DNA of 64,000 nt, taken from a virus. Its lineage: Duplodnaviria; Heunggongvirae; Uroviricota; Caudoviricetes; Thumleimavirales; Hafunaviridae. Shown piece by piece: positions 17,882 through 27,037 of the stretch (position 1 is its first letter; the number at the start of each line of letters is the position of its first letter). Position numbers and translations under genes: made by a program. The stretch is from positions 10,520 to 74,519 of IMG/VR virus record IMGVR_UViG_2595698612_000001; one strand, given 5' to 3'. The notes below the pieces were generated by a model. That model made no database searches. It was not told the DNA's origin and worked only from the letters and a program-made list of their open reading frames with translations.

Positions 17882-20299
17882 ATGTCCGTAGTCACTACTG
17901 AAACCGAAACCGAAGAACAGACTGTTGAAACCCCCATCAAGACCGCCGACGATTCTCTCACCGTAGAAGAACGCCTTACAGACAACGCTCTCCACGGTAT
18001 TCTCCCGGCCCGCTACTTCCGCAAAGACTCGGAGGGTAACATCATCGAGGATGCTGACGACCTGTTCCGACGAGTCGCTGAAAACGTCGCTGGAGCTGAG
18101 AACGACGAGGACTTCGAGAAGTGGGCTGACGAGTTCCAGTACCAGATGGAAACCCTCCGGTTCATGCCGAACAGCCCGACCCTGATGAACGCCGGGACGG
18201 ACATGAACCAACTCTCTGCGTGCTTCGTGATTGAACCCCGCGACGACATGGAAGACATTTTTGAGACGGCTCAGCAGGCCGCTCTCATCTTCCAGAGCGG
18301 GGGCGGCGTCGGCTATGCCTTCTCCCACCTCCGACCCAAGGGAGCGTTCATCAATTCGACTGGCGGCGAAGCGAGCGGCCCGGTGAGCTTTATGCGGGTC
18401 TTCGATGAGACGTGTAATCAGGTGAAGCAGGGCGGGAAGCGCCGGGGCGCTCAGATGGGTATTCTCCGCGCCGACCACCCGGACGTGGGCCGGTTCATCG
18501 TGGCGAAGCGGAACGAGGGCGACCTTGCGAACTTCAACATCTCGGTCGCTACGACGGACGCCTTCATCGAGGCAGTTGACTCACAATCTTCCTACACTCT
18601 CTACGACCCCGAGACGGACTACGAGGAGCCGTACACCGTGCGGGAGGCATCGGCCCACTTCTACTCCCCCGAGTATCAGGACAACCCGCGTGACGCCTTT
18701 GACGACGGCGAGGGCGCTATCGTAGAGGAGAACCTGTGGCGGGACTACGCCGACGAAATCGAGTGCGAGCTGTACGGCGAGCGCGTCTCCCTCCGCGAGA
18801 AGTGGGAGGGCCACGAGGGTCTTCGCCTCGAAGTGGGTGAGCCGATGGAGCTTCCCGCCGCGTTCATTTGGGACGTGATGATTGACGGGGCGTGGCGCAA
18901 CGGTGAGCCGGGACTGTTCAACTTCGAGGAGTCGAACCGCCAGCACTCCTTCGACGTGGACGAGTACCCCGAGTTCCGAATGAACGCGACTAACCCCTGC
19001 GCCGAGCAGATGCTCGTGGAGTACGAGGCGTGCAACCTCGGTCACATCAACCTCAGTCTGATGCTGAACGAGGACGCCCCGACCTACGACGAGTTCCTTC
19101 AGGACAAGCTGATGGACATTGCGAACGGCGACCTTTCCACCCGCGAAGCCGTGGAGTGGTACTTCGAGGAGGTCACGAACTTTGAAGACCTGAATCGAAC
19201 CATCGAGGCTGGTACTCGCTTCCTCGATAACGTGGTCACGCAGTCCGACTTCCCCATCCCCGAGATTACCGAGCGCGTCAACGGGATGCGGAAAATCGGA
19301 CTCGGTATCATGGGCTTCGCGCAGATGCTTTTCCAGATGGGGATTCCCTACGGCACGCAGGACTCCTACGAGATGGCGCGGTGCGTCATGCGGTACATCG
19401 ACCGGAAGGGAACGTGGGCGTCCCACAATCTCGCCAAGGAGCGCGGCGTGTTCTCCTACTGGGACAAGTCGAAGTACGCCGACCCGACCGAGTACGACGA
19501 GTGGTTCGCGGCCCGCACCGGGCTTGACCCGAACGACTGGAAGGGTGGGTTCCCCATCCGAAACCACAACATCACGACAATCGCCCCGACCGGGACGACC
19601 TCGATGATTGCGAACACGACGGGTGGGTGTGAGCCTGCCTACAACGTGGCGAACTTCAAGAACGTCAGCGAGGACATTCAGGGCGACGACCTGCTCGTGG
19701 AGTTTGACGACTACTTCCTTCGGACGCTCGAAGCGAACGACCTCGATGTGGAGAGCATCAAGGAGGAGGCCGAGCGGCTGATGCGGAACAACGAGTTCGA
19801 CGGCGTTGACGACCTCTCTATCCCCGAGGAGATAGCCGAGATTTTCGTCACGACGCAGGACTTGTCCTCCGAACAGCACGGACTGATGCAGAGAGCGTTT
19901 CAGGAGTTTTGTGACTCCGGCATTAGCAAGACGGTCAACCTCCCGAACAGCGCGACCCACGACGACGTGAGCGAAGCCTACCAGCTCGCCCTCGATGCGA
20001 ACCGGCGCGGCGCGGTTATCAAGGGCCTCACCGTGTACCGGGACGGCTCTCGGGACGTTCAGGTTCTCACGACGCGCGTGGACAACAATCTGGACGACGA
20101 GGGCGACCGCGACGACGACCTGCTCGAACTATACCTCAAGGGAGAGGTGAGTGAGAAGGCGGCGGTTCAGCTCGGTATCGTTGGCGAGGACGACGTAGGT
20201 TCGGACACGCTCACCTGCCCGGAGTGCGGTGACGGTGAGCTTGAGAAGACGGACGACTGTGCGGTGTGTCCCGAGTGCTGGTACTCGCCGTGCAAGTAG
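17882..20299 (+). CDS. nrdJ: ribonucleotide reductase class II, adenosylcobalamin-dependent (805 aa) with C-terminal zinc ribbon
   Basis: Catalytic-site motif TNPCAEQ...EACNLGHINL and overall class II architecture. C-terminal CPECG...CAVCPECWYSPCK. Confidence 0.9.
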   Translation: MSVVTTETETEEQTVETPIKTADDSLTVEERLTDNALHGILPARYFRKDSEGNIIEDADDLFRRVAENVAGAENDEDFEKWADEFQYQMETLRFMPNSPTLMNAGTDMNQLSACFVIEPRDDMEDIFETAQQAALIFQSGGGVGYAFSHLRPKGAFINSTGGEASGPVSFMRVFDETCNQVKQGGKRRGAQMGILRADHPDVGRFIVAKRNEGDLANFNISVATTDAFIEAVDSQSSYTLYDPETDYEEPYTVREASAHFYSPEYQDNPRDAFDDGEGAIVEENLWRDYADEIECELYGERVSLREKWEGHEGLRLEVGEPMELPAAFIWDVMIDGAWRNGEPGLFNFEESNRQHSFDVDEYPEFRMNATNPCAEQMLVEYEACNLGHINLSLMLNEDAPTYDEFLQDKLMDIANGDLSTREAVEWYFEEVTNFEDLNRTIEAGTRFLDNVVTQSDFPIPEITERVNGMRKIGLGIMGFAQMLFQMGIPYGTQDSYEMARCVMRYIDRKGTWASHNLAKERGVFSYWDKSKYADPTEYDEWFAARTGLDPNDWKGGFPIRNHNITTIAPTGTTSMIANTTGGCEPAYNVANFKNVSEDIQGDDLLVEFDDYFLRTLEANDLDVESIKEEAERLMRNNEFDGVDDLSIPEEIAEIFVTTQDLSSEQHGLMQRAFQEFCDSGISKTVNLPNSATHDDVSEAYQLALDANRRGAVIKGLTVYRDGSRDVQVLTTRVDNNLDDEGDRDDDLLELYLKGEVSEKAAVQLGIVGEDDVGSDTLTCPECGDGELEKTDDCAVCPECWYSPCK

Positions 20300-20396
20300 A
20301 CTGAGGTAATCAGTTAGCAAGCTTCCCCATCGGGCCTTACGGCTCGGTGGGGATTTTTTGCGTTTCGGGGGAGAGAAAGAGCCTCGATGCGTCTGT

Positions 20397-20585
20397 TCAC
20401 GAGAAGATTTCCTCGGGCGGGACGTTCCCGTTGAGGTGCTGTTGTTTCTCCCACTCGATTTCGCCGGAGATTTTCCCGTAGAGTTCTGCGGCGATGGTTC
20501 GGTCTTCGTAGTCGCGGTCGGGGTTGTCCTTGATGTGTTCCATTTCGTGTTCGAGGAACGCGAGTTGTTTCGGGGTCAACTCCAT
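20397..20585 (-). CDS. hypothetical protein (62 aa from internal ATG)
   Basis: Acidic coding-like ORF. TTTTATATACC box about 25 nt upstream of the ATG at 20585 suggests a leaderless transcript. Confidence 0.4.
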   Translation of the reverse strand: MELTPKQLAFLEHEMEHIKDNPDRDYEDRTIAAELYGKISGEIEWEKQQHLNGNVPPEEIFS

Positions 20586-20810
20586 ATAAAGAACCACACA
20601 CCGTGGGTATATAAAACGGGGGGTGTCGGGTGGGACTTTATTTCCCATCATTCGGTTGTGGAAACGCGGTGATACACGCACGGCATACGGGGCTATACCC
20701 CCTATTTATTTATAAGCAGAGTTGGTAGTAGAGGGTACAGAGGCACGCAGAAGGGGTAGTTACCGGCAAAGGTAGCCCCTTTCAGGGCCGAAGGCCACCT
20801 CGGTAAAGCG

Positions 20811-20857
20811 CGTCCTTGGTAAGGACGAGAGCGGGGGTTCAAATCCCCCCTCAGGCT
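20811..20857 (+). other. tRNA-Thr(GGU)-like 3' half (anticodon arm to acceptor 3' strand); candidate attP core
   Basis: CGTCC-TTGGTAA-GGACG anticodon arm and GGGGG-TTCAAAT-CCCCC T-arm are present. The 5' half does not fold as a tRNA. Lies immediately upstream of the integrase. Confidence 0.4.
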
Positions 20858-20868
20858 TTCAGCCTTCA

Positions 20869-20893
20869 GGGGGCTTCTCACCCCCTTTTGCGT
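20869..20893 (+). terminator. hairpin GGGGG-cttctca-CCCCC followed by TTTTG
   Basis: Seen in sequence directly after the tRNA-like fragment. Confidence 0.35.
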
Positions 20894-21073
20894 GCTTCTT
20901 GGGAGCGAAAAAATGCACACCAAGAAAGCACTCTACCCACAAACGTACACCCCCGCGCCGTCTTGCGATTCCGTGAACTGTCAGGACACTATAACTCTGA
21001 ACCCCGCGCGAGCGCGTATCCTCAACGGTGGTGTCCCGGCTTGAACCGGAACGACCCACTCGACAGCGTGGAA

Positions 21074-22234
21074 ATGAGCGCGGCATCCGAGGATATACCA
21101 CCCGCGCCCGAACCCATCGAGTTCGGCTTCCCACTCGTGAGCCAACGCTCGCGCGAAGACCTCGAACAGTTCGGCCTCAACATGGTACAAGACTACCACG
21201 ACTTCAAAGAGGAAGTCCTGACGTGGCTCGGCAACTACGGGAAGAACCCCGACAAGTACGAAGGACTCGCCCGCACCACGCTTGAGTCCACGCACTACAA
21301 GCTCGAAACCGTCTTCCGCTGGTTATGGAAATACGAGGGCCAATACACAACCACCTTCACGCCCGAACACGCGGATAAATTCATCTCGCTGTTGAATCAA
21401 GCCGACTCGATGATTGACAGCACCGTGCTTCACCACGCCAAGGACATACGCCGGTACTTCCGCTACTGTAACCACGCGCAGGGCAAAGACTACGATTGGG
21501 AACCCGACCTCGAACTCAGTCAGTCCAACGGCGACGAGCGAGACTACCTCCGACGCGCCGCGTTCGAGCCGCTGTACCAATCCGCGCTCAGTCACTCATC
21601 GGTCAAGTCCTACTACTCGTGTACGCCGGAGGAACGCGCCGAGTTGAAAACCTACGTCTCTCAGCGCCTCCAAGTCCCGAAGGAAAAAGTCGGGGCCGAC
21701 GAGTTCAAGCAAGCAAACTCGTGGAAGTACCCATCTATGATTGCGACGACTCTCGATACCGGGCTTCGACCCATCGAGGTCGGACGAGCGAAGGTGTCGT
21801 GGGTGAACCTCCAAGATAACGAGCTGAACATCCCGAAGGACGAATCCACGAAGAACGAGGGCCATTGGAACTGCGCGATTCAGAAGCGCACGGCGAAGGC
21901 GCTCGAACGCTGGATAGACGAGCGAGACGCTATCGAGAAGTACGACAGTCGGGACGAACTATGGCTCACGCAGAAAGCCCGCCCCTACAACTCCGACTCG
22001 TGTAACGGCCTGCTTGACCGAATCATCGAGTCGGGGAACGTCCCGATACCCGACCACCGGAAAGACGACCTCTCGTGGTACAGCATCCGCCACGGAGTCG
22101 CTACGTACTGGGCGAACCACGTCGGCCCCCACCACGCGAAAGAACAACTCCGGCACAAGAGCGTCACGACGACGATGAAGTACCTCCACTCGGACTCAGA
22201 CACCCGAGGGAGCGCGGTCGAACAAATCTGGTAG
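21074..22234 (+). CDS. int: tyrosine recombinase / integrase (start trimmed to ATG 21074)
   Basis: C-terminal catalytic region contains HxxR and the KYLH tyrosine (WYSIRHGVATYW...LRHKSVTTTMKYLH). The track's longer N-terminal extension overlaps the tRNA-like element and is rejected. Confidence 0.8.
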   Translation: MSAASEDIPPAPEPIEFGFPLVSQRSREDLEQFGLNMVQDYHDFKEEVLTWLGNYGKNPDKYEGLARTTLESTHYKLETVFRWLWKYEGQYTTTFTPEHADKFISLLNQADSMIDSTVLHHAKDIRRYFRYCNHAQGKDYDWEPDLELSQSNGDERDYLRRAAFEPLYQSALSHSSVKSYYSCTPEERAELKTYVSQRLQVPKEKVGADEFKQANSWKYPSMIATTLDTGLRPIEVGRAKVSWVNLQDNELNIPKDESTKNEGHWNCAIQKRTAKALERWIDERDAIEKYDSRDELWLTQKARPYNSDSCNGLLDRIIESGNVPIPDHRKDDLSWYSIRHGVATYWANHVGPHHAKEQLRHKSVTTTMKYLHSDSDTRGSAVEQIW

Positions 22235-22235
22235 G

Positions 22236-22721
22236 TCAGTCGTCGGCAATCGACGCGACCGACTCCATCCCCCGCTGATTCAATCGGTACTCCTTCTTCC
22301 GACCGTCATTATCGTGGGGTCGCTTCTCTATGACTCCGCGCTCCGACAGCTCCCACAGGATTTGGCTCACGTCGTCCGGGTCTATATCGCAGTCCTCGGT
22401 GAGAGCGGCCTTCACCTCGTTCGTCGTATGCCACTCGTCTCCATTGTGGTTGTAGAGGAACGTGGCGAGCTTCCGTGTTCGTGACCCCTCCTCGAAGGTG
22501 ACTAACTCTATCCCTCCCCCATCCGGTTCTCCGTCCCTCTCGATTTCCTCTCCCGTGATGTATTCCGTGAGGTCAATCGGTGACTCAGCCTCGATTGTCA
22601 CCCTGATGTTCTCGATGGATTCGTTGAACCCGACTTCCTCCATGAACTGATTGAAAGCATCGAGGGAGTTGTCGCCCGACAATTCCAGAGTCATAACCCC
22701 GTCTGATTGGTTTGACGACAT
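22236..22721 (-). CDS. winged-helix transcriptional regulator (161 aa), convergent with integrase
   Basis: C-terminal wHTH-like segment (VSQILWELSERGVIEKRPHDNDGRKKEYRLN). Acidic N-terminal domain. Confidence 0.5.
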   Translation of the reverse strand: MSSNQSDGVMTLELSGDNSLDAFNQFMEEVGFNESIENIRVTIEAESPIDLTEYITGEEIERDGEPDGGGIELVTFEEGSRTRKLATFLYNHNGDEWHTTNEVKAALTEDCDIDPDDVSQILWELSERGVIEKRPHDNDGRKKEYRLNQRGMESVASIADD

Positions 22722-22851
22722 AATTAAACGGTTCAGTACCCCGCCTGATAAAATCCGTGGCCCTCAGATGTTCCGCACTCGTACTAAAAACAAAAAAGCC
22801 CCCGACCACGGGGGGTCGGGGGTGGCAAACACTACTGCATCTTTAGAACCG

Positions 22852-23142
22852 CTACGCCGTCGCTGGTTTGTTCTGCTCGCTATACTTCCAGAACTCAGTT
22901 TCCTCAGAGTGTAACCGAGCGTGGTCAGACGCCGACATGAGACTCAGATTAGACGGTCTGTTGTCCCACCGAACGCCGTTGAGGTGGTGGACTTGATTCT
23001 GACAGACAGCCTCGAAGCCGTACTCCGCGAGCATAATTAACCGATGAATCGCAACCTCCCGCTGGACGCCCTCGTACTCATTCGTCGCTATCTCGTAGCC
23101 GTGATGCCAGCAATGACCGGCTGGACTTGTATCAGACGACAC
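22852..23142 (-). CDS. HNH endonuclease (96 aa)
   Basis: HHLNGVRWDNRPSNLSLMSASDHARLH matches the HNH His-Asn-His motif; Cys/His-rich N-terminus. Confidence 0.65.
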   Translation of the reverse strand: MSSDTSPAGHCWHHGYEIATNEYEGVQREVAIHRLIMLAEYGFEAVCQNQVHHLNGVRWDNRPSNLSLMSASDHARLHSEETEFWKYSEQNKPATA

Positions 23143-23143
23143 G

Positions 23144-24508
23144 TTACTTCTTGAAGTTCATCACGGGCCGGAGACGGTCAACGACCTCTGCGGTCGGCTT
23201 GATGTGTTCCTCGATGAGTTCCGGCGGCTTGTAGGCTTCCGGCACTTCGTCACCCGGCACACGGGCCGAGTACGTTCCGTTCTCGTACATCCGCTTGCGG
23301 GCTTCGTCGGCGTCGAACTGCTCGTGTGCCCATCCACGGCTACCAAGTCGGCCCGCTCCGTGGGGAGCCGAGTAGTTGTAGTCCGGGTTCCCGTTCCCGA
23401 TACACAGAAGCGTTCCGTCCTCCATGTTCATCGGGATAGCGAACAGATTACCGGCAGAGGCTCGCGTGGAACCCTTCCGAATCATCATATCCTCGAAGTC
23501 CACGTAGTTGTGCGGGGAGTCGAGGAACTTGGTAATCGACGCATCGAGGGTTTGAGCCACTTCCTGAACCATCAGGAGGCGATTGAAGCTCGCGTAAGTC
23601 TGAGCGAGCATCATATCGTAGTAGTACCCGTAGGCTTCGCGGCCTTCGAGGTAGTCGAGGTCTTTGTTCCGGTTCGCGTCCGGGGAGTACGACTTGATTT
23701 CCTCCCCGATACGCCCGATTTCCTCGCCGTCGTTGTAGAGCTTGATTTTCTCCCAATCCGGGGAGCCGTCCGGGTTCGCGTAGTGCTTCAACCGCTCGCC
23801 CATCTCGCCCCACTTCACGTCGGCGTCACGGTGTTCGGTCGCCTTCTCCTGCCAGTACGCCGCGACCTTCTGACCGAGGTTGCGGGAACCGGAGTGAACG
23901 ACGACCCACAGCTCGTCGGACTGCTCGGACTCGGCAATCTCGATGAAGTGATTACCGGAGCCGAGCGTTCCGAGGGAACGGAGCGCGTATCTCTTTCTGA
24001 TTCCGACGCGCTTGCACATCTTCTCGAAGTAGTCCGGGCGGAACATCCCCTCGTCCCGGCTCTCGTAGTCGAAGTCCATCGCGTCGTAGAAGTGGAGTAG
24101 CTTCTCGTTGGCCTTCCACCACGGGAACGACCACTCAAGGTCAACCTCCGGCTCTTTGTGAACGCGACCAGTCCCCATCGGAATCCGGTCGCGCACCTCT
24201 TTGTTCACCTCGCGGAAGTCGTCTATGTCGGAGGGCTTGTCGGCTTCCGACACATCGAGGCGGGCCGCTGTCATTCCACAACCAATATCCCCGCCTACCG
24301 TTTTCGGAATCACGCGGTCTGTCAGAGGCATCGAGAACCCGACGATACAGGCAGGCCCGAGGCCTCCGTGACAGTCCGGCATGAACTTCACCGGGTTCTG
24401 GAACGCCTCGTGGTTAACCATCTCCTTTATCTCCTCTTGGAGTCCGTCTTCCACTTCTTCTTCTGGTAGGTGTACCTCTGCTGTCGTACTGCTTCCTTCT
24501 ACAATCAT
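23144..24508 (-). CDS. rtcB: RtcB-family RNA 3'-phosphate ligase (454 aa, no intein)
   Basis: Hallmark motifs DIGCGM, GSGNHFIEI and the HGAGR nucleophile-His motif. Full-length RtcB architecture. Confidence 0.85.
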   Translation of the reverse strand: MIVEGSSTTAEVHLPEEEVEDGLQEEIKEMVNHEAFQNPVKFMPDCHGGLGPACIVGFSMPLTDRVIPKTVGGDIGCGMTAARLDVSEADKPSDIDDFREVNKEVRDRIPMGTGRVHKEPEVDLEWSFPWWKANEKLLHFYDAMDFDYESRDEGMFRPDYFEKMCKRVGIRKRYALRSLGTLGSGNHFIEIAESEQSDELWVVVHSGSRNLGQKVAAYWQEKATEHRDADVKWGEMGERLKHYANPDGSPDWEKIKLYNDGEEIGRIGEEIKSYSPDANRNKDLDYLEGREAYGYYYDMMLAQTYASFNRLLMVQEVAQTLDASITKFLDSPHNYVDFEDMMIRKGSTRASAGNLFAIPMNMEDGTLLCIGNGNPDYNYSAPHGAGRLGSRGWAHEQFDADEARKRMYENGTYSARVPGDEVPEAYKPPELIEEHIKPTAEVVDRLRPVMNFKK

Positions 24509-24723
24509 TAGTTCTGTTTAGATAGAGTGTATAACTCTGAGTGTTCTACTACGGTACTGTCTTAGTTGAGTGAACAACCCTCGATGTGGTAAAACTCAAA
24601 GTAGGTAACTATCAGTAGGTAACTACTAAGAGTATATATCTAAGATAGATATTTCGCCCGCGTTATGCGCTCGCGCGAGCTTATTCGGATGTTTCGTCGT
24701 ATAGTACCGATACGGTACTATAT

Positions 24724-24753
24724 GACTTAAAGATGCCGATTTAAGTCTTGAGG
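24724..24753. promoter_or_regulatory. palindromic B-module GACTTAAAGATGCCGATTTAAGTC in RtcB upstream region
   Basis: Inverted halves GACTTAAA / TTTAAGTC. Preceded by a perfect inverted repeat ATAGTACCG-ata-CGGTACTAT at 24696-24718. Confidence 0.4.
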
Positions 24754-24755
24754 GG

Positions 24756-24968
24756 CTACTGAGGCGGCTCCAAAAACCGAATCGGAACCGACCACGAACC
24801 CTTCAAGAACCACACGAAGAACCACGGATACCCGAACATAGTCGCCAGCATATTCAGAAGCGAAACCACCAGCACCGCGTAGAACGCTACCTCCAAGAAC
24901 AGAAGCGAAAACACCTGAATCGTGAACCCGAGGTAGAACGAGTAGATGTAGGTGTTCTCAGTCTTCAT
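24756..24968 (-). CDS. small membrane protein (70 aa)
   Basis: Two predicted hydrophobic helices. Confidence 0.4.
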   Translation of the reverse strand: MKTENTYIYSFYLGFTIQVFSLLFLEVAFYAVLVVSLLNMLATMFGYPWFFVWFLKGSWSVPIRFLEPPQ

Positions 24969-25152
24969 CGTTCAGAGGCTTGGTGTGGTAGTTCACTCCG
25001 TGATAGCCGGTCGTCGGAACTGGCTTGTCGATACGCTCGATGAGCGGCCACGGAAGCTCGTACCGACCGAACAAGTAGCCGCAGACGTTCCCGTTGTGGT
25101 CAGTAATCGCCCGAACCTTCGCGTCGTCAGGAACTTCCAAGTCCATTGTCAC
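24958..25152 (-). CDS. hypothetical protein (64 aa)
   Basis: Overlapping stop/start with neighbours in the leftward operon. Confidence 0.35.
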   Translation of the reverse strand: MTMDLEVPDDAKVRAITDHNGNVCGYLFGRYELPWPLIERIDKPVPTTGYHGVNYHTKPLNDED

Positions 25153-25388
25153 ACCTCGATAACTCCGATTCCAACGTCCACGGTTGGCGGCCAGTTGAAA
25201 TCCTCGTCGTTCTTCAACCGAACGTAGTGGGCTACGTCTCCACCCTTCGTCCAGTAGAAATCCGTCTCGGAGTAGTGATATGACTGGTCTTGGAACAGCG
25301 GCGGAAACTCGAAGTCGGAGTCACCGGGTTCGGTAACGACCTCGATGAGTCCGTTCGTCACGGTTCCATCACAGCCCGCGCGAGCCAA
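25149..25388 (-). CDS. hypothetical protein (79 aa)
   Basis: ATGA-type overlap with downstream gene; acidic. Confidence 0.4.
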   Translation of the reverse strand: MARAGCDGTVTNGLIEVVTEPGDSDFEFPPLFQDQSYHYSETDFYWTKGGDVAHYVRLKNDEDFNWPPTVDVGIGVIEV

Positions 25389-25789
25389 TGCTTCGCCGTC
25401 TTCAGCGGGTCGTCGTGCTGTCGGTACTCGGACTCGGAGATGCTGAACCGGATTTTGGAAACCGGGTCGTGAGCATCGTAGGACTTCAGGTTAGCCAATT
25501 CCATCGAGTCAATTTCACAACGCTCGAACACCACGTCCTTCGCCTCAGCCTCGAACTCGTTGCGGAGATTGTAGAGTTCGTGTTCCGTCTCAGGTGAGAG
25601 CGAGCTACGGGGTAGTTCTTGAAGGAGAGCGTTCAGGTGTCGGGCAATCCGAACATCCCGAGACGGCTCGACCTCGGGAACGAACTGCTTGAGCGACCCG
25701 ACCTCGCCGGAAACGCCCTCGCCGTACACAGCTTCGTCTCCGAGTTTCGTCTGTTCCAGAAGCTCGTGGACTTGTTCGAGGCGATTCAT
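25358..25789 (-). CDS. hypothetical protein (143 aa)
   Basis: Coding-like acidic ORF in the operon. Confidence 0.4.
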   Translation of the reverse strand: MNRLEQVHELLEQTKLGDEAVYGEGVSGEVGSLKQFVPEVEPSRDVRIARHLNALLQELPRSSLSPETEHELYNLRNEFEAEAKDVVFERCEIDSMELANLKSYDAHDPVSKIRFSISESEYRQHDDPLKTAKHWLARAVMEP

Positions 25790-26334
25790 TGGAAGTCCTC
25801 GTACAGCCGAGAGGGAGTCGGCCCGGTCTGGTCGTTGTATTTGTTCCCGTTCTCCTCAGAGTAGGCCACGTCCGGCGTCGTCTTCATATCGTGAAGTGCG
25901 AGCTGGCAAATCCGCATCCCGTCGCGGAGTCGAATCGGGTACGGAGCCGCGTTGAACAGTTCGAGCGTCACCTGCCCCCGGAAACCGGGGTCGATGAAGC
26001 CTGCGTTGTGGATGAACAGGCCGAGTCGCCCGACCGAGCTACGTCCGTGGAGGATACCCACCTTGTCGTCGGGGATGGTGATGTTCTCCTCCGTGTGAGC
26101 CAGCGCGAACTTGCCGGGAGAGAGCGAAAGCTCGCTGGTTCTTTCGTAGTGAGCCGGGTAGGTGTCCCGGTCGTCCACCTCGACCACTCCGGTCGCGGCG
26201 GGAATCTTCAGTTCGTCTCCGAGGTGCAAATCCATCGAGGCAGGCTCGACGGCGAGTGGCTTCCCACCGCCACGGGTCGCCCCGAGGTCGCCACGGCTAA
26301 TCGCGTGCTGAATATCGTGCTGTGACAGAATCAT
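25786..26334 (-). CDS. dcd: dCTP deaminase (start trimmed to MILSQHDI)
   Basis: dUTPase-superfamily motifs (GFIDPGFRGQVTLELFN). Length and N-terminus are typical of Dcd. Confidence 0.75.
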   Translation of the reverse strand: MILSQHDIQHAISRGDLGATRGGGKPLAVEPASMDLHLGDELKIPAATGVVEVDDRDTYPAHYERTSELSLSPGKFALAHTEENITIPDDKVGILHGRSSVGRLGLFIHNAGFIDPGFRGQVTLELFNAAPYPIRLRDGMRICQLALHDMKTTPDVAYSEENGNKYNDQTGPTPSRLYEDFQ

Positions 26335-27035
26335 GGCGCTCGAATCGAGTTGTTGTTCAGGTGTTCTTCGTAGGCCGAGAAGACGAGCGGCGACCACTCC
26401 TTACACTCATCGAGAACCTTCGTGGCGAACTCGCGGGCCTCCCATTGGGCCTTCATGTTCTTCCGAAGGTCGAAGAAGTGCATCAGAGTCCGAGCGTTCG
26501 CGGAGAACGTCAGGTCAACCTCAACGCCGATGGGGAGGATGAACCGGGCGTCCTCCTTTGCCATTCCCTCCTCGATGAGTCGTTCGTAAAGCTCCACGGA
26601 GTTTACGAAATGCCCCTCGAAGGCGTCGGCTCCCGTGAAGTCCTCGGCGGGGCCGTCGTACTGACCGAGAACCACGTCCTCGGCGGCGGGGTTGTTCTTG
26701 TCGCCCGGCGGGACGACGATGTTCTTCTCGGAGAAGTCGCAGTACCGCTGGCTCTGAACGTCGAACGACATATGGCGGTGTCGCGTCACCTGAGCCATAG
26801 CCGACCGGGAGAGTCCTTCGACCGCGAAGAACGCTTGGATGTGTTCAAACGGCCCGAAGTGGCCGCGTCGGAGTAGTTCCCCGAGTAGTTCCTCGTGGGT
26901 CTTCGGCGTCCCGGCGAGGGCGTCCTCGATGTTCTTTCCGACGAGCGATTCACTCATGTAGTCGCCGCGAGCGGCCATTACGGGAACGTCGTCGGGGTTC
27001 TGCGTGCTGTATTCCGTCTTGAGTTCGACTTTCAT
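26331..27035 (-). CDS. thyX: flavin-dependent thymidylate synthase ThyX (start trimmed to MKVELKTEY)
   Basis: ThyX signature RHRHMSFDVQSQRY (RHRx7-8S). Confidence 0.85.
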   Translation of the reverse strand: MKVELKTEYSTQNPDDVPVMAARGDYMSESLVGKNIEDALAGTPKTHEELLGELLRRGHFGPFEHIQAFFAVEGLSRSAMAQVTRHRHMSFDVQSQRYCDFSEKNIVVPPGDKNNPAAEDVVLGQYDGPAEDFTGADAFEGHFVNSVELYERLIEEGMAKEDARFILPIGVEVDLTFSANARTLMHFFDLRKNMKAQWEAREFATKVLDECKEWSPLVFSAYEEHLNNNSIRAP

Positions 27036-27037
27036 TT

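Noticed and set aside
20770-20857. Full-length tRNA-Thr gene.
   Set aside because: Only the anticodon arm, T-arm and 3' acceptor strand fold. No complementary 5' acceptor strand or D-arm could be found. Treated as a 3' tRNA fragment (att core) instead.
20816-22234. Track ORF extends the integrase 86 codons upstream, across the tRNA-like element.
   Set aside because: Extension translates the tRNA-like fragment and terminator hairpin and is Arg/Pro-rich. Integrase homology begins near ATG 21074.
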